Below, piece after piece: positions 1-13,300 of a stretch of 64,000 nt of DNA. This stretch comes from a phage. Under the pieces are notes generated by a model. That model worked only from the letters and a program-made list of their open reading frames with translations. It did not search any database and was not told the origin of the DNA. Where the stretch lies: NCBI GenBank assembly GCA_018027755.1, contig GCA_018027755.1_4098.1; one strand, given 5' to 3'. The position numbers and the translations under genes were made by a program. Positions within the stretch are counted from its first letter, which is position 1; every line of letters starts with the position of its first letter.

Positions 1-405
1 AGTTACCCAAATATTCAAATCAAACGTAAAAGTCCAAGGTACTGGGTTATGTCTTACAATTTTGTATTGTGTGTCAAGATCTTTTGTGTACTCATTAATA
101 GCAGGGGACTTGTTAGACCCCATTACTATAGTTTCGTTGGCATTAGAACGAATATTTTTACGATCCAACTTTAGTTGATTAACACTTATGGTCATTATAG
201 GTGCTGATGGGAGAACATTTTCACTATTCCCATTTATAATTGCTGCTGCCATTCTTGAAATATCGGCATAGCGACATGGAACCTTTTTGTATTTTGGGTT
301 TCCATTAGCATCAATACCATTTTGTACTTGAAATTCACCAAAAACTCTGATAAGATGTTTCAGTACTCTGCGAAATTGACCGTCATAATAATAATCTATT
401 TTCAT
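1..405 (-). CDS. hypothetical protein, partial (N-terminal ~135 aa; C-terminus lies beyond window start)
   Basis: ATG at 403-405 (minus) overlaps the stop of the upstream 501-aa gene (ATGA); frame stays open to position 1 on manual translation; absent from ORF track because truncated. Confidence 0.45.
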   Translation of the reverse strand, partial: MKIDYYYDGQFRRVLKHLIRVFGEFQVQNGIDANGNPKYKKVPCRYADISRMAAAIINGNSENVLPSAPIMTISVNQLKLDRKNIRSNANETIVMGSNKSPAINEYTKDLDTQYKIVRHNPVPWTFTFDLNIWVT

Positions 406-1907
406 TCTGTGTCCTTATGTATGCGATAAACAGTATTAGGTTTAACTGCGTCATGTAATGGAACTTTGTTATCACTATTTACAAACTGTGTAAGTGCTAA
501 GTCTGCACCTTCCCACGGTTTTCTTCCACCATAATCAAAAATAACCCATGAATTCTTAGTTGCATTGAATTCCCATAACGTAACTGGAGTATAATCGGTG
601 CGATAGAAATAGTCACCATCTACTGCATCAGTTGGGAACATATTTCCTTCAGGGACTGTACCTCGTGCTGGTGGAATTTTAGGACGATAATCTTGTTGCG
701 AATCAATATTACCATATACACAATTGGACGTGAATGGTTCATTGACATAAGTTACCTTTGGTTCCCCCCACTTGTCATCATTATACTGATAAATGTGTGG
801 TTCTTTATAAAAAATACAAAAATCTTCCACATCTTCTGGTGGAACATCACTGGTAGTATATTCTACATCACAATTTAACCATTTTTTAGCACTTTTATCA
901 TATTGATACAACGTATAACCTGTCACATCTGCGTCATTTTCTTTAAAGAAGAAGTCACCATCCATTGGTTTTCTGGGAAAGATGGTTCCACGCTTGACTT
1001 CCACAGAAATCCATGTATCATTAACAAACTCTTTGAGTACTGGGTATGTTTTTTTCAAAAAATACATTCCATCGGCAGGTTCTTCTGGAAAATCATAACC
1101 GTTAAGCATATATTTTGATAAATCTACTGTATCAGGTCGATCATCATACAAATGTTCATTTGTATAATGAATATAGGGTACTTCATCATCAGCTTGCATG
1201 ATGATACGGTTCATGATATCCATTTCATTGCCATAGTTACTGTTTTCCGACGAACCATCATCGGTATTTCCATTACCATTATTAGGGTCATCTGGATTAT
1301 CAGGATAATTATTGTTACCGAGTAAATCGGAGTACTCAGGTGAGTCGGTTAGCGGTTTAACTCTAAGTTTATAAATGTGATGTTGCCACGTAACCGAGTA
1401 TCCCTCAGATGTACGAAATGCATCTTGGACGACATAGAAGCGGTTTAGACCTGTATCTTTACCCAATACATCAAAATCACGTAAATTTGGTAGTTCTATC
1501 ACATCCCCTGGCATGATTTTTCTACCTAAACGCTGCATCATTGTATTATAATGGATTGTGATGTCCATAGTGTTGAAATTAAAGAACAATCCTGGGATTT
1601 TCAAGTCTGGAGTTGCTTCTTGAACTTGATAGACACAACTAAGTGTGATAGCTTCAAGGTTGTAGTTTCTGTTTGGTGTGTCACCAAAAATTAAATCGCC
1701 AATACTTGACACAACTGATCCTGAAGATGTATAATCACCTCCATAGGATAAGTCAGTGTTGTCAGCAACTTGTTTTGGACCGACATATGCATAAAGCCAC
1801 ATGTCAACTCCACCAATGTTGTATTGTTCAGCAATGGCAGAATCAATGAACTTGTAATCATTGGTTCTCCCTTTTTTCCACATTCTATATGTCATGTTTG
1901 TCTCCAA
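402..1907 (-). CDS. hypothetical virion/baseplate-associated protein with four aromatic GD[YF]F[FY] repeats
   Basis: 501-aa ORF, translationally coupled to downstream gene; internal ~30-40 aa repeats (GMYFLKK..W, GDFFFKEND..KKW, FCIFYKEPH..DKW, GDYFYRTDY..NSW). Confidence 0.55.
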   Translation of the reverse strand: METNMTYRMWKKGRTNDYKFIDSAIAEQYNIGGVDMWLYAYVGPKQVADNTDLSYGGDYTSSGSVVSSIGDLIFGDTPNRNYNLEAITLSCVYQVQEATPDLKIPGLFFNFNTMDITIHYNTMMQRLGRKIMPGDVIELPNLRDFDVLGKDTGLNRFYVVQDAFRTSEGYSVTWQHHIYKLRVKPLTDSPEYSDLLGNNNYPDNPDDPNNGNGNTDDGSSENSNYGNEMDIMNRIIMQADDEVPYIHYTNEHLYDDRPDTVDLSKYMLNGYDFPEEPADGMYFLKKTYPVLKEFVNDTWISVEVKRGTIFPRKPMDGDFFFKENDADVTGYTLYQYDKSAKKWLNCDVEYTTSDVPPEDVEDFCIFYKEPHIYQYNDDKWGEPKVTYVNEPFTSNCVYGNIDSQQDYRPKIPPARGTVPEGNMFPTDAVDGDYFYRTDYTPVTLWEFNATKNSWVIFDYGGRKPWEGADLALTQFVNSDNKVPLHDAVKPNTVYRIHKDTE

Positions 1908-1934
1908 AATAAATCGGGTATATCTTTATTTACC

Positions 1935-1965
1935 TTGTAGACAAACCGTAAGAATGTGATATAAT
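1935..1965 (+). promoter_or_regulatory. sigma70-like promoter with extended -10 (TGaTATAAT) upstream of ClpA-like gene
   Basis: TATAAT at 1960-1965 preceded by TG at 1957-1958; weak -35 (ttgtag/tagaca); same tgtgatataatg motif recurs at 57326 and 62579. Confidence 0.35.
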
Positions 1966-2005
1966 GTTTATTAATTAGAGTGACGTGAATCACATAGGAG
2001 AATAC

Positions 2006-4294
2006 ATGAATCTTACTCAATTGTTCAAAAAAAGCGACGAACTGGCAACATCTCTAGGTCATACATTCTTGACTATTGACCACGTAAGTGCCACAGTACT
2101 GACTATTGATAGCATCAAGAACGTATTTGAAGATATGAACATTGATGCAGACAAACTGCACAACCGCCTGATGAACTATCTTAAAAATACAACAGTTCCA
2201 CATGCACCAAAAAGTGTTAAAGATGAAGACGCGAATCGCACTTCACTTCTAGTGAATCGCGTTGTACATGAGCTTTCTAAAAAATCAGTTATTGAACAAC
2301 TAAAAAGTGATGATTTTTCGATTGATGCATATTTTGTTCTATTCGAATGTCTGTCTTTCCCTAACACAGCACTAGAAGCTGCGTTGAAAGAAGAAGGTGT
2401 TAGCTGTACTGAAGCTGCACGTGCATTGCAAAAACACGTTGAGTCACTTGATAAGGGTATCAACTTACAAAGTATTAATGACGAACCGATTGGAGATAAA
2501 AAAGTGGCCCAACAGCAGCAATCATCTAAACAAAAAGGTTTGGAAGACTATACAACGAATCTAACTGCTCTTGCAAAAGAAGGCAAACTAGATCCTATGA
2601 TTGGTCGCCAGAAAGAATTGTCTGCATTGATTGAGACTCTTGCTCGCAAAACCAAAAAGAATGCTATTCTTACTGGTGAAGCTGGTGTAGGTAAAACACA
2701 AATCATCGACGGTCTTGCACAAGCTATTGCTGACGGCAACGTACCTGAACACCTGAAAGACGTTGAAATTCTTTCACTAAATGTTGGTGCATTGACTGCT
2801 GGTACTAAGTATCGTGGTGAGTTTGAAGAACGCATCGACAATTTGCTAAAAGAACTAAAGAAACGTGAAAATACTATTGTTTTCATTGATGAAATTCATA
2901 TTATGGTTGGGGCTGGTTCCGCTAGTAATGGTTCTATGGACATGAGCAATATGCTTAAGCCAGCACTTTCACGTGGTGAGATTCGTGTAATTGGTGCAAC
3001 AACATATGATGAATATCGTAAAAATATCGAGAAAGATAGTGCATTAACTCGTCGTTTTATGAAAATTGATGTAGTTGAGCCGTCAATTGATGAAACTCGT
3101 GCAATTGTTAATGGTTTGAAACCAACTTATGAAAAATTCCATAATGTTGAGTTCACAACTGATGCAATGGATGCTGTAATTTCTCTCAGTGATAAATTCC
3201 TGAAGAATAAGCACTTCCCAGATAAAGCAATTGATCTAATGGACGCTGCCGCTGCAAAAGTTCGTTCACGTGACAACAATAGTAAGCTTATTACTGCCAA
3301 TTTGATTCAAGAAGTTGTTGCTGGTATTGCCAATTTGGATATCAACGTGGTTGCATGTACTGAAAGTGATCGTATGCGTAATCTACCAGATGCACTACGC
3401 TCACGTGTATACGGTCAAGAGGAAGCTATTCAAAAATTAGTTGATAACGTGATGGTAGCTCGTGCAGGACTGCGTGACAAATCTAGTGTTCAGGGTGCAT
3501 TTATGTTTGTTGGACCATCTGGTACTGGTAAAACAGAAATTACCAAAGCATTAGCAGATGCAACTGGTGCGGAACTGATTCGCTTTGATATGTCAGAATT
3601 TTCTCAAGAACATACTGTTTCTAAACTAATTGGTTCACCTCCAGGTTATGTTGGTCATGATTCTGGTAACGGTTTACTGTTGGATAAAATTGAGCAGTTC
3701 CCTAATGCAGTACTGTTACTTGATGAAATTGAAAAAGCAGATCGTAAAGTACTACTAACCTTCCTACAGGTTTTGGATGAAGGTCGCCTGACTGGTTCAC
3801 AAGGTAAAACTGTATATTTTAATAACGTAACTGTTATTATGACTACAAACCTTGGTGCGGCAGATTCAACGAAGCGTAGCATTGGTATGAGCGGTAGTGA
3901 TACTGCACAAGACAAGGCAATTAAAGCATTCTTGCCACCAGAGTTTATTAACCGTATTGATAGTATCGTTACGTTTAAAGACCTAAGCAGTGAAGCTATT
4001 GACAGCATCATTGATAAGTTCATGGGCAGTTTGAATGAACAAGTCAAAGACCGCAATGTTAAAGTTACATTGACAAAAGCTGCACGTGAATGGCTTGCGA
4101 AAAATGGGGTAAAAGTTGGCATGGGTGCACGTCCAATGAAACGTACCATTGAACAAAACATTCGTGTACCACTAGCTAAAGAAATGTTGTGTGGTTCACT
4201 TGTGAATGGTGGTAACATTACATTTGATGTTATTGATGGTAAAATCGGTATTAAACCGAAACGTTCCAAAGCTGTAGATAAAGCACTGGCATAA
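2006..4294 (+). CDS. ClpA-like AAA+ ATPase/unfoldase (double Clp-N domain, two AAA+ modules)
   Basis: ORF track 1985..4294; likely start ATG 2006 with AGGAG RBS; Walker A GEAGVGKT (D1) and GPSGTGKT (D2), Walker B FIDEIH / [10 protein letters not shown]-terminal Clp-N repeats, IGM loop in D2 resembling the ClpP-docking IGL/IGF loop; no ClpB-type middle domain. Confidence 0.85.
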   Translation: MNLTQLFKKSDELATSLGHTFLTIDHVSATVLTIDSIKNVFEDMNIDADKLHNRLMNYLKNTTVPHAPKSVKDEDANRTSLLVNRVVHELSKKSVIEQLKSDDFSIDAYFVLFECLSFPNTALEAALKEEGVSCTEAARALQKHVESLDKGINLQSINDEPIGDKKVAQQQQSSKQKGLEDYTTNLTALAKEGKLDPMIGRQKELSALIETLARKTKKNAILTGEAGVGKTQIIDGLAQAIADGNVPEHLKDVEILSLNVGALTAGTKYRGEFEERIDNLLKELKKRENTIVFIDEIHIMVGAGSASNGSMDMSNMLKPALSRGEIRVIGATTYDEYRKNIEKDSALTRRFMKIDVVEPSIDETRAIVNGLKPTYEKFHNVEFTTDAMDAVISLSDKFLKNKHFPDKAIDLMDAAAAKVRSRDNNSKLITANLIQEVVAGIANLDINVVACTESDRMRNLPDALRSRVYGQEEAIQKLVDNVMVARAGLRDKSSVQGAFMFVGPSGTGKTEITKALADATGAELIRFDMSEFSQEHTVSKLIGSPPGYVGHDSGNGLLLDKIEQFPNAVLLLDEIEKADRKVLLTFLQVLDEGRLTGSQGKTVYFNNVTVIMTTNLGAADSTKRSIGMSGSDTAQDKAIKAFLPPEFINRIDSIVTFKDLSSEAIDSIIDKFMGSLNEQVKDRNVKVTLTKAAREWLAKNGVKVGMGARPMKRTIEQNIRVPLAKEMLCGSLVNGGNITFDVIDGKIGIKPKRSKAVDKALA

Positions 4295-4296
4295 AA

Positions 4297-4330
4297 AAGA
4301 AAAGGAGAGCAATATGCTCTCCTTTTTTAT
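4297..4330. terminator. bidirectional intrinsic terminator between convergent genes
   Basis: 10-bp stem aaggagagca/tgctctcctt (4302-4311/4315-4324), flanked by A-run upstream and T-run downstream. Confidence 0.6.
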
Positions 4331-7300
4331 TACTTAACTAATAATATATTTTTAATATCATTACCACTAACTTGTAGACTATCAGTGTATACTGAAAGAT
4401 CTATAGTGTAACTATTTTGTGTGTAACGTTTTAACATATCATAATTACCTAAATTAATTCCATTGAAAGAATATGTAGTATTAAGTTTAAAATCATGTTC
4501 TGCACTATACATTACACCACGGAGTAAATTATTTGCATTTCTAACTTCAACTTTTTCATATCCAATCGATATAATATCATTCATGTTCGCGGCTGAACCG
4601 GATAAAACATTATTTCTAATACTATAAGGACTTATTGATTTAGGTTGAGAAACATAGGTTGTATTTTCTTCACTAATGGTTGTGATGTTAGTAACAGTAC
4701 CACCAACAACACCGATGTACATACCGTCAACCATTGGATATCCATAAACCCATATACCTTCATTATTTCTAAACGGTTGAATAACACTTGAGTCATATTC
4801 AATAACGTTGATTTCTAAACTATCAGTCATTTTAGTTCTTGCTAATTCACTAAGAACTCCCGCACCAGTAATTGGTAGGTTATAACCGTTGTCGATAGTA
4901 ATTCCATCAACATCAAATATTTCGTTAGAGATTATCCAAACGTCAACGTCATCTGGTGTTATTCCGTCATTGTACTTACCACCATTTAAAGTAGTATCGT
5001 AGAAAACATCATAATTAATTACATCAATTGTGTAATTTCTATTTTGTTCGTACAATTTGATACCATTCTTCACAAATTCTGGGTCAGCAAATGTTCTAAC
5101 ACGAACAATGTTCAATGCAAGAGGCTGTACTGGCTCATTTTGTTGTGCAAGAGTGATATTATCATAACGGAGAACTGTACCAGTACTCTCATCAATCAAT
5201 TCAATCGTTTCTTTACCTGTATTTCTTACAGTGAATAGGATCGGAGTTGTATTGTTTTTGATGTTAGATACACGCAAGATTGTTTCCCATGTGTGATTTT
5301 GATATCTCACAAAATCTTCACCATCAGGAGTGAAAATCATCACCTTATCACCATCAGATAGGTCATTGTCAACTATTTCTGCTTCAGTTAAGCTATTAAT
5401 AGATCTCACACGATAGAAATATTTTTCATCAAACTTCGATGTTGTTTTATTAATATCATTTTCAATCTTAGCATATGAAGGAATACTTACAATTGCTTCT
5501 GTATGTTTATATGGATTGATAATTGCCATACCTTCAGTTTGATATCTGCTGTTATCACGTAATTGTACAAGAGATACATTGTCAAACCCATATCCATCAA
5601 CTGTAAATCTAATTTGACCTACATCACGCCCAGAAGGGTTTATGTCAGATATATCCACAATATAAGGATCAACTTCATCATCTTTAACTTCCCATTTTAT
5701 TGAAGAAGTTTGAGATTCCAATGCTAGGTTATCAAATGCATTCATATCATTGAAGTACTTAGCTTCAGTAATACTATCAAGTATATATTGATAATCAGAA
5801 TACATTGGATTATTTTGATCTAGTGGTAAATCATCAAGATTTATTTCAGCTAGTTCAACCATTTCACCATTTGTGATAAAATAATCTTCCATGAAATCAT
5901 CAATACTTTGTTCATCAGGTATGCTTTGATATACACCGTTAACATTTAAGTAAACATATTTTCGTGGAATCATTGTAATTGCATAGATATCAATTGGGGT
6001 CTTACTAAGAATCTCTTCAGCTTTTTCGTACTTATCAGTAGCGTCTTTGTCGAATAACCCTCTCATACCTGCTAATACGTGAATAGCATCAGTATAGAAA
6101 CGGGTATCACCACCTACTTCATCATAACGATAAACATATACACCATACTCAACTTCAAGTTTAACTTTTACTTCATAGTCTGATGCGTCAGGATTTTTAT
6201 CTTTAATTAATGAAATGTATTTTTGATACAATTCACTGCTTATTTCAAAATATCCATAGTTATAATCATTACTAGAAGAAAAGCCTAATGGAAGTCTAGT
6301 ACTAGGATTGTCATTATAAGTAAGTCCACTAAATCCACATCCAACTTCATCGTGAATTTTCTCATCACTTATATCTTTATAAAGTTTCAAACGGTTTGCC
6401 AATGTGTTATACTGAACATATTGTCTAAGGTCAGTAAACATATCGTTATGCGTTGATTCTTTATAAACACGTTCCAATGTAGCAGTGAATTCATCAGTTG
6501 CTTCTAAATCTTCCGCATGGTCTTTATACCACTGGTTAACGCCATATGCTGTTCCTAGTGTTACATCCAATTCTGGATAGTAGATTTGCATTTGATAAGC
6601 AATAAGAAGATCGAAAGTTTCTTCACTATATTCTGGGAAAGAATATATATAACGTTGTAATTCATAGTTACTAACAGCATCCTTTTCATTGGATTGATAT
6701 TTGTTATTAACACTTACTAATTCATTTATGCTTGCCAAATCTTCATTTGGTTTACACTGAATATTATCATAATGCATAATAATATCAATTTCTTGGAATC
6801 TTCTATTTGGTGTAACGAAATCACTTGGTAGTGAACCTACCTGTTCCCATTTTTGGGTAATTTCATTAAATTGAGCGTACTCATAATCCCAAATATCTTT
6901 TTCAGTTTTGATCCAAGAACCATCAACGAAAATATATCCATTAGGATCTAAATCATTACATAGACCTTTTATTAAATCATCATCAGATGTCTTTTGCTCT
7001 ATTTGTGAACGAATTTTAGTTCTATAAGGTTTAACTTCTTCAAAATATTCAACAATTTGATTAATCAAATTATCGTTTGAATAGTTTTGAACTAATGATT
7101 GTTCCAAACCAACAATATAGATATATGATGTTTTAAATACCCAATCCACAACACTTTGTTCAACATGTACATATTTGACCATATCAAAAACAATTTCGCT
7201 TTGATGTAAATCGAAAGAATTTTTGAGTAAAGCTAGTGCTTTACGAACGTTGATTTCACGATTGCTTAGTGAACCATTATCATTATGAACACTATAATCT

Positions 7301-10300
7301 GCGTAAAGCATATCATTGAGTTCAACTGTACTGTTTTCACGACCAATCGCTTTCCAATAAATTGAATCGCGTGATTGTGATTTAATATACAATGTCCAAA
7401 TGTTTTCACTATCGGTAACTCTGATAATATCGCCAACTTGGTAGTTTTTAGTATTAGCATCTTCTAAGCTTGACTCTTGAGTATAAGTCGTGTTACTATC
7501 ATACCCAACATCATACCAATCAGCATATGACCAGTACTGAGTCATGTCCAATGAAGTTCCTAGTGATTCAACATAATCAGATTGTTTAATCATTTTATGT
7601 TGTCCCTCACCTTTGTTCTCTAACGTTATAGTAACAACACTACCCGCGTTTGCTGGACTATTCATTAACTGAATATATCCATTTTCGTCGAAGTGAATAA
7701 AATAAACAGCACTAGAAGTTAATGGATTTGGTAGATATCCACTAGTACTTAAAATAACAGCGTCATTTTCTTTAAATTTATCACTTTCAACTGCAATAAC
7801 TAATTCATTATTGTAAGACAATACACGGAAAGAAACTTCATTCGGATTAACTTCAGTGGTTTTAACATTAAACACATCTTCCATAACAACACTATTAGTG
7901 GTTATGTTTTGTGACCTATAATAATTATTAGCACTTTCTACAAAGTTTCTACGAGCTTCTATAACATTTTGGAACCAAGTTTTGTTTGATCCTAAACCGT
8001 TATCAACATCTGGATATAATAAATTAATCACAGAACCTGATTCAGTTGTTTCTTGACCAATTAGTGAGTTCCACATTGAATCCCAAATTAGTGGGTTAAA
8101 GTTATAGCTGTCACCTTCTTTACATAGTTGATACTGGTCATGTTTAACAACTTCAGTACTATCCATGTAATAAGAAACAGTTAAAATACTGGTATCATCA
8201 TTCACTTTAAATTGCATATTACTAAGAATAAACGAGTTTTCATTGATTGGAGCGAACCAAGGAATGTTTAGCTGTGTTGGATCTTTAATAATACGAGCAA
8301 TGTCAGTACATGATTTTGTTCTGGTATGTAGTGGTGGTACATAAATTGTATCACGTACCCAGAAATAGTATTTTGTCACATAACTATCAGTTGAACTATC
8401 ATATTCCAAAAATGTACTATAATTATCTTCAAGTGCAGTTCCACTTGGTAGATACATAGTATTATTTTTGTTTTTCTTAGCAACATCTTTACAGTATTTG
8501 TCCCAGTTATATGGCTCAACTGGTGAACAAACCCACTCTAACACATCAATTGTACTATGTGGTAATAAACGACCCCAGTTGTAACGTTTGTATTCATTGG
8601 TTGCATCAATGTCAACATTACCGTCTGCGTCATAAATTGCACGTGTATAATCCAAATAAAATGCAGTACTTGTATTCCACCATACTTGACCAACTTTATC
8701 AGCACCCCAAGCCTGAATTAATTCACCATTGCTATTATATTGTGCTGGGTCTATTGGTGACGTATAAGTTACGTTTTGCATTGCTGCACCAGGAATAACC
8801 CCATTGATAGGGTCATACACATTTAGATATAATGCAGTAATGTTAGTACGTTCATCATATGTAGTTGGACGGTCAAAAAAAGTACTTTGTGGTGCTTTGT
8901 AACTATACTTTTTGTCAATATATGCTTGACGCTCTTCTGCACTGGCAAAACGTGATACATAACGATACAAACGTGGACGTGTATCTGGATCAGTAAATTC
9001 AATATCAATAGATGTGTCAAATGGAACTACCATAACTTTAGGATCAGAACCAGCAGTATAATATTGACTTTCTACTGTTAAAGTATCTGGCATAAAGTTA
9101 GTTTCATCAACAAAATAATAATAATCACCATCTTCAAGTGGTACATTATCAGTTAAAGTTACTTTACAAAATTGTTCAGCATACACATCGGTATTTTCAA
9201 TAGGTGTTATAGAAACCATTTGTACATTAGTATCAACCAATTCAAAAATGTTCCACAAACCATTACCGTCTTTAAACATCCACACAGATTCAGGATTTTC
9301 ACCTTTACCATTAGTATAAGTTATGCGGTCATTATATGCAGTACTGAAATCTTTTGTTGTGTACGATACTTCATCCAATGTTACTGGACCAATATCTGGA
9401 AGTTGGATATTTTCACTTCTTCCACTACGCATTGGGAATGAGAACTTACCATTTGGACGTGTAATCCAACGAGGATCTTTACCCTGCTCACCGAAGTATA
9501 CAATATGATTACCATTACCATTTGAAGTTGCATTTACATCAAAAGAAACCATTTGAGGTTGTTGTTTAAATTGGTCATTAATCAATTTAAATTGAAGATT
9601 TTTCTTACCATCAATATTACCATATGTACCAATTTTAAATGCCCATTCTTGTAATGCTTTATATTCATCTGTGTCATATGATTTAGAAACACGAAGTACA
9701 CGTTCTAAAACTTGGTTAGTACCTTTATCATGAATGAATCCTTTATAGAAATCAACACGACTAACATCACTACTAATCATACGCTGTAGATAATCACGAG
9801 ATTGATAACCAATCAAATGGTTTGACAACTCTTGTAATTGTACATCACTTACTGGAGTTTCACTATCATAATAATGTTGGAAATCCGACACTAATTTTTC
9901 AAATGATGGTAGTGTTCCAGCTTCCAAGATAATAAATCCAGGAGCTTGTAGACGACCAGTCCATGAACCAGTAATGTAGCCATACATTTTAATTAATTCT
10001 TGAATAGAACCATAAGTTGGCTGATAGATATAATCACCAAAAATAGTCTTATCATCAAAAATAACAGCATGTTCATATGAACACAAACTTAAACGAATTA
10101 ATGCTATACGTTTATTGGATTCTAAAGTTCTAACAGTAAAGATATTACCAATACGAGAAGTTTCAATTTCATATTGACGTATACCTTGGTTGTTATCATC
10201 AAGTAATGACCACACACCACCGTTATTTTGTGTAATAGATTGAACTGAACCAAAGTCTGCACCAAATTTAGCATTTGCTGCACTTGGTGTACAAGAAATA

Positions 10301-13300
10301 AATTCACCCGTTACCAGAGAATTCTGACTCCAGATCACAAAATCTTTAGCAATAGTGTTCCAATCTTGTTGAGCACCACTATCATTTACATCTTCAAAAA
10401 TCCAGCCATGTTCTTTAAGATATTCACCATAACCACAAATAAAAGTATAAACTTCTTGGTAACTATTAAAAACTTTACCATATTCAATGGAAGCTTCAGA
10501 TTTCCATTCGTTATAATGAACAACATTGCGGTTTTCTAATTTAAGAGTTACTTTTCTACCATTTTTTACGGGAAGTTTATATTTAAATTTAGCACCAACT
10601 AGATCATATCCATCAATCTGATATGCACTACCATTCCAAGTAATTTTGATCGCACTCATTTGCTCATCACGGATATTATTAGAACGAACAAGACCAATGG
10701 TTTGGTTTTCTTGTGAAATAAGACCGAAAGATTTAGCATTGAATGTTAGCTGATCTGCTTTAGTAAAACCACCAATTTTATGACCAACATTTATATAAGA
10801 AGAACGAACTACATCCCCATATTTGGTTGTAATGTTTTTATTTTGATACATCAAATAATCACTAACAAACATTTGATAACCAATTGTTCTTGTGTTATTT
10901 TCACCATGAACTACAGTGTTTTTATCAAAATTAATACGCTTACGTGTATCACCATAAAGGAATTGTGAACCATCAGTGAATACTTCTTTTAAATTGTCAT
11001 TTCGGGTATCCCAAAAATAGTTAGCAAATTGTGCTGGTTTAGCTTTATACAAAAGCATCATTTGGTCATATGCAAACAATGTAGTGTTCATGTATGTAAA
11101 TTCCATGTCACCCATATCACCATATGTCCAAGGTTCTGCTCTATGATTTAAAGATCCAGACACTAAACCTAAAATTTCAGGTGCAATATATTCAACCACA
11201 CAAATATCAATACCAGAAGATGTTTTATTTCCAGTTTTTGTAATTTTGAATGGCTGTACACCAAATCTTTTATATTTGTCATATTGACCACGACGATCAC
11301 CAAATAAAATAGTTCCAGTACTGCTATCTCCGATAGTGCCGTCGATATCCCATAGACCACTAGGAACTAAATCTCCTTGTTCATTCATAACAAGTGCTTC
11401 ATATACATATACCACATCACTATCACGCTCACCAACTTGAACAGCAGTTGGTTCATATTCTTGGTTCCACCAAGTTGGACGCTGTGAAAAGCCAAACATT
11501 TCCCACGGATGTGTTGCAGGGCGATATGTACCATATTGGTCAGTATAAATTGCACGCCATGAACCACGAGCAGGAATTTCAGTACTTTGACCATTAACTA
11601 CATAATAAGTGCCAGTATAGTTCCAAGTTCTCCAATTGTTAGGATCATAATCATGTGTACTATTACTGATACCATTAGTTGCGGTGAAGTTAATGTATCC
11701 ACGTAGTAATAATGTTTGTTTCTCTTCAGCACTATATTCAGTTTTAGTGAAATATGGTGTAGGGAAAAGGTCATCACTATTCAATACTGGTACGTAATCA
11801 ACATCTTTGAATTTATTATCAATACTATTAAAAATTCTATTTTCTAATTCATATACAACATCATCCATTTTATCAACACCATTGATAACACGGTATGCTT
11901 TGGAAATAATACCAGTATGACTGATGTTATAACAGCTTGGTTTACTACCAGCAGTGAGGAATGTCGCTTTTTCTGGTACATATGCTTGAAGAATACCTAA
12001 GAACTGTGGTGTTGGTGGTATAAATGCACGAATGAATCCAGAAGTACTTCCAACATTATCATAATAGAATGGGAATGAACTATCACGTCCCATATTAATA
12101 GTAGTTAAAATTGCATCAACAATGTTTGCAGCACTATTTTGTAAAAAGTCTGATGGATTTTCATCATACATACGAAGCATTTGTGTATTAAATTTATTAA
12201 TGAATCTAAAATATTCAGATTGCATAAACATAGTTGCTTCAAACAAATCAATATCTTCATTTGCAGTATGTGCCATCAATGGAAGCATAGATGCTTCATT
12301 TTGGATAATTTTAGTACCTACGCCATTATTAACCAATCCTTTAGCCAAACGTTCTTCATAGTCATTGAAATCATCAGAAGAACCACGTGTAATGTTCTTT
12401 TGAATAATATCCTGAAAATGTAAAGTGTAGTCACCTTGGTTAATGTATATAATATTAGAATTATATGGGTTATTTTGTAGGTTGATTGGAACTTCATATG
12501 CACCTAATTCTTTATTAGGAGTTACAGTACTGCTATAAGTTCTGATTTGAATAACAGAATCTTCATCCAAATCTACAGTACTATCTAGAGTGATGCTTTG
12601 TACTTGACCTTTTGAAACATTTTTGGTATATTTGGACACATCAACACCATCAACCACAACTTCAATAATATCAGAATCATTATCTAAAACTTTTTGTGCC
12701 AATTCGAATGTATGGTCATATTTTACAATCTGAACACCATCACCAGTAATTGGATGCCAATCTAGATAAGTTTCACGGTCAGCTTTATAGTACTGATATG
12801 TTCTATCAACTTCAATAACATATGCATACATACCATCAACTGGTTCTTTAAAAACTTCCATATCATAAACAGTACTGAATACACGATACATATCAGTACG
12901 TTGGACTTGTGGAGTTTGTTTTACAAATTGTTTAGAGTACTCTTCTGAACGAACCCAATCGGTTTGAAGATTCATTTCATTATTTTCATCAATAATGTTA
13001 TAATAGTATAAACCATCAATTTCAACTTCTTTCCCAAGATGGTCATAGGTATAACGTTGGGATTGTAAAAAGTTTTCATAAATGTAATAATTATAATCAC
13101 CAAGTTCAATGTTATATCCATATACACTATCAGTTGCATAGTTGTAATTTATTTTAAAACCAAACAACTCTGAACCTTTAAAGTTACTTGATGGATATGT
13201 AGTACTGTTGTCAAGTTTGATACCATTACGATCATAAAGTTGGAATTTAGGGAATACGTTAACACTAGTTTTTGATTGTGCACGAACCCACAAAGATCCA

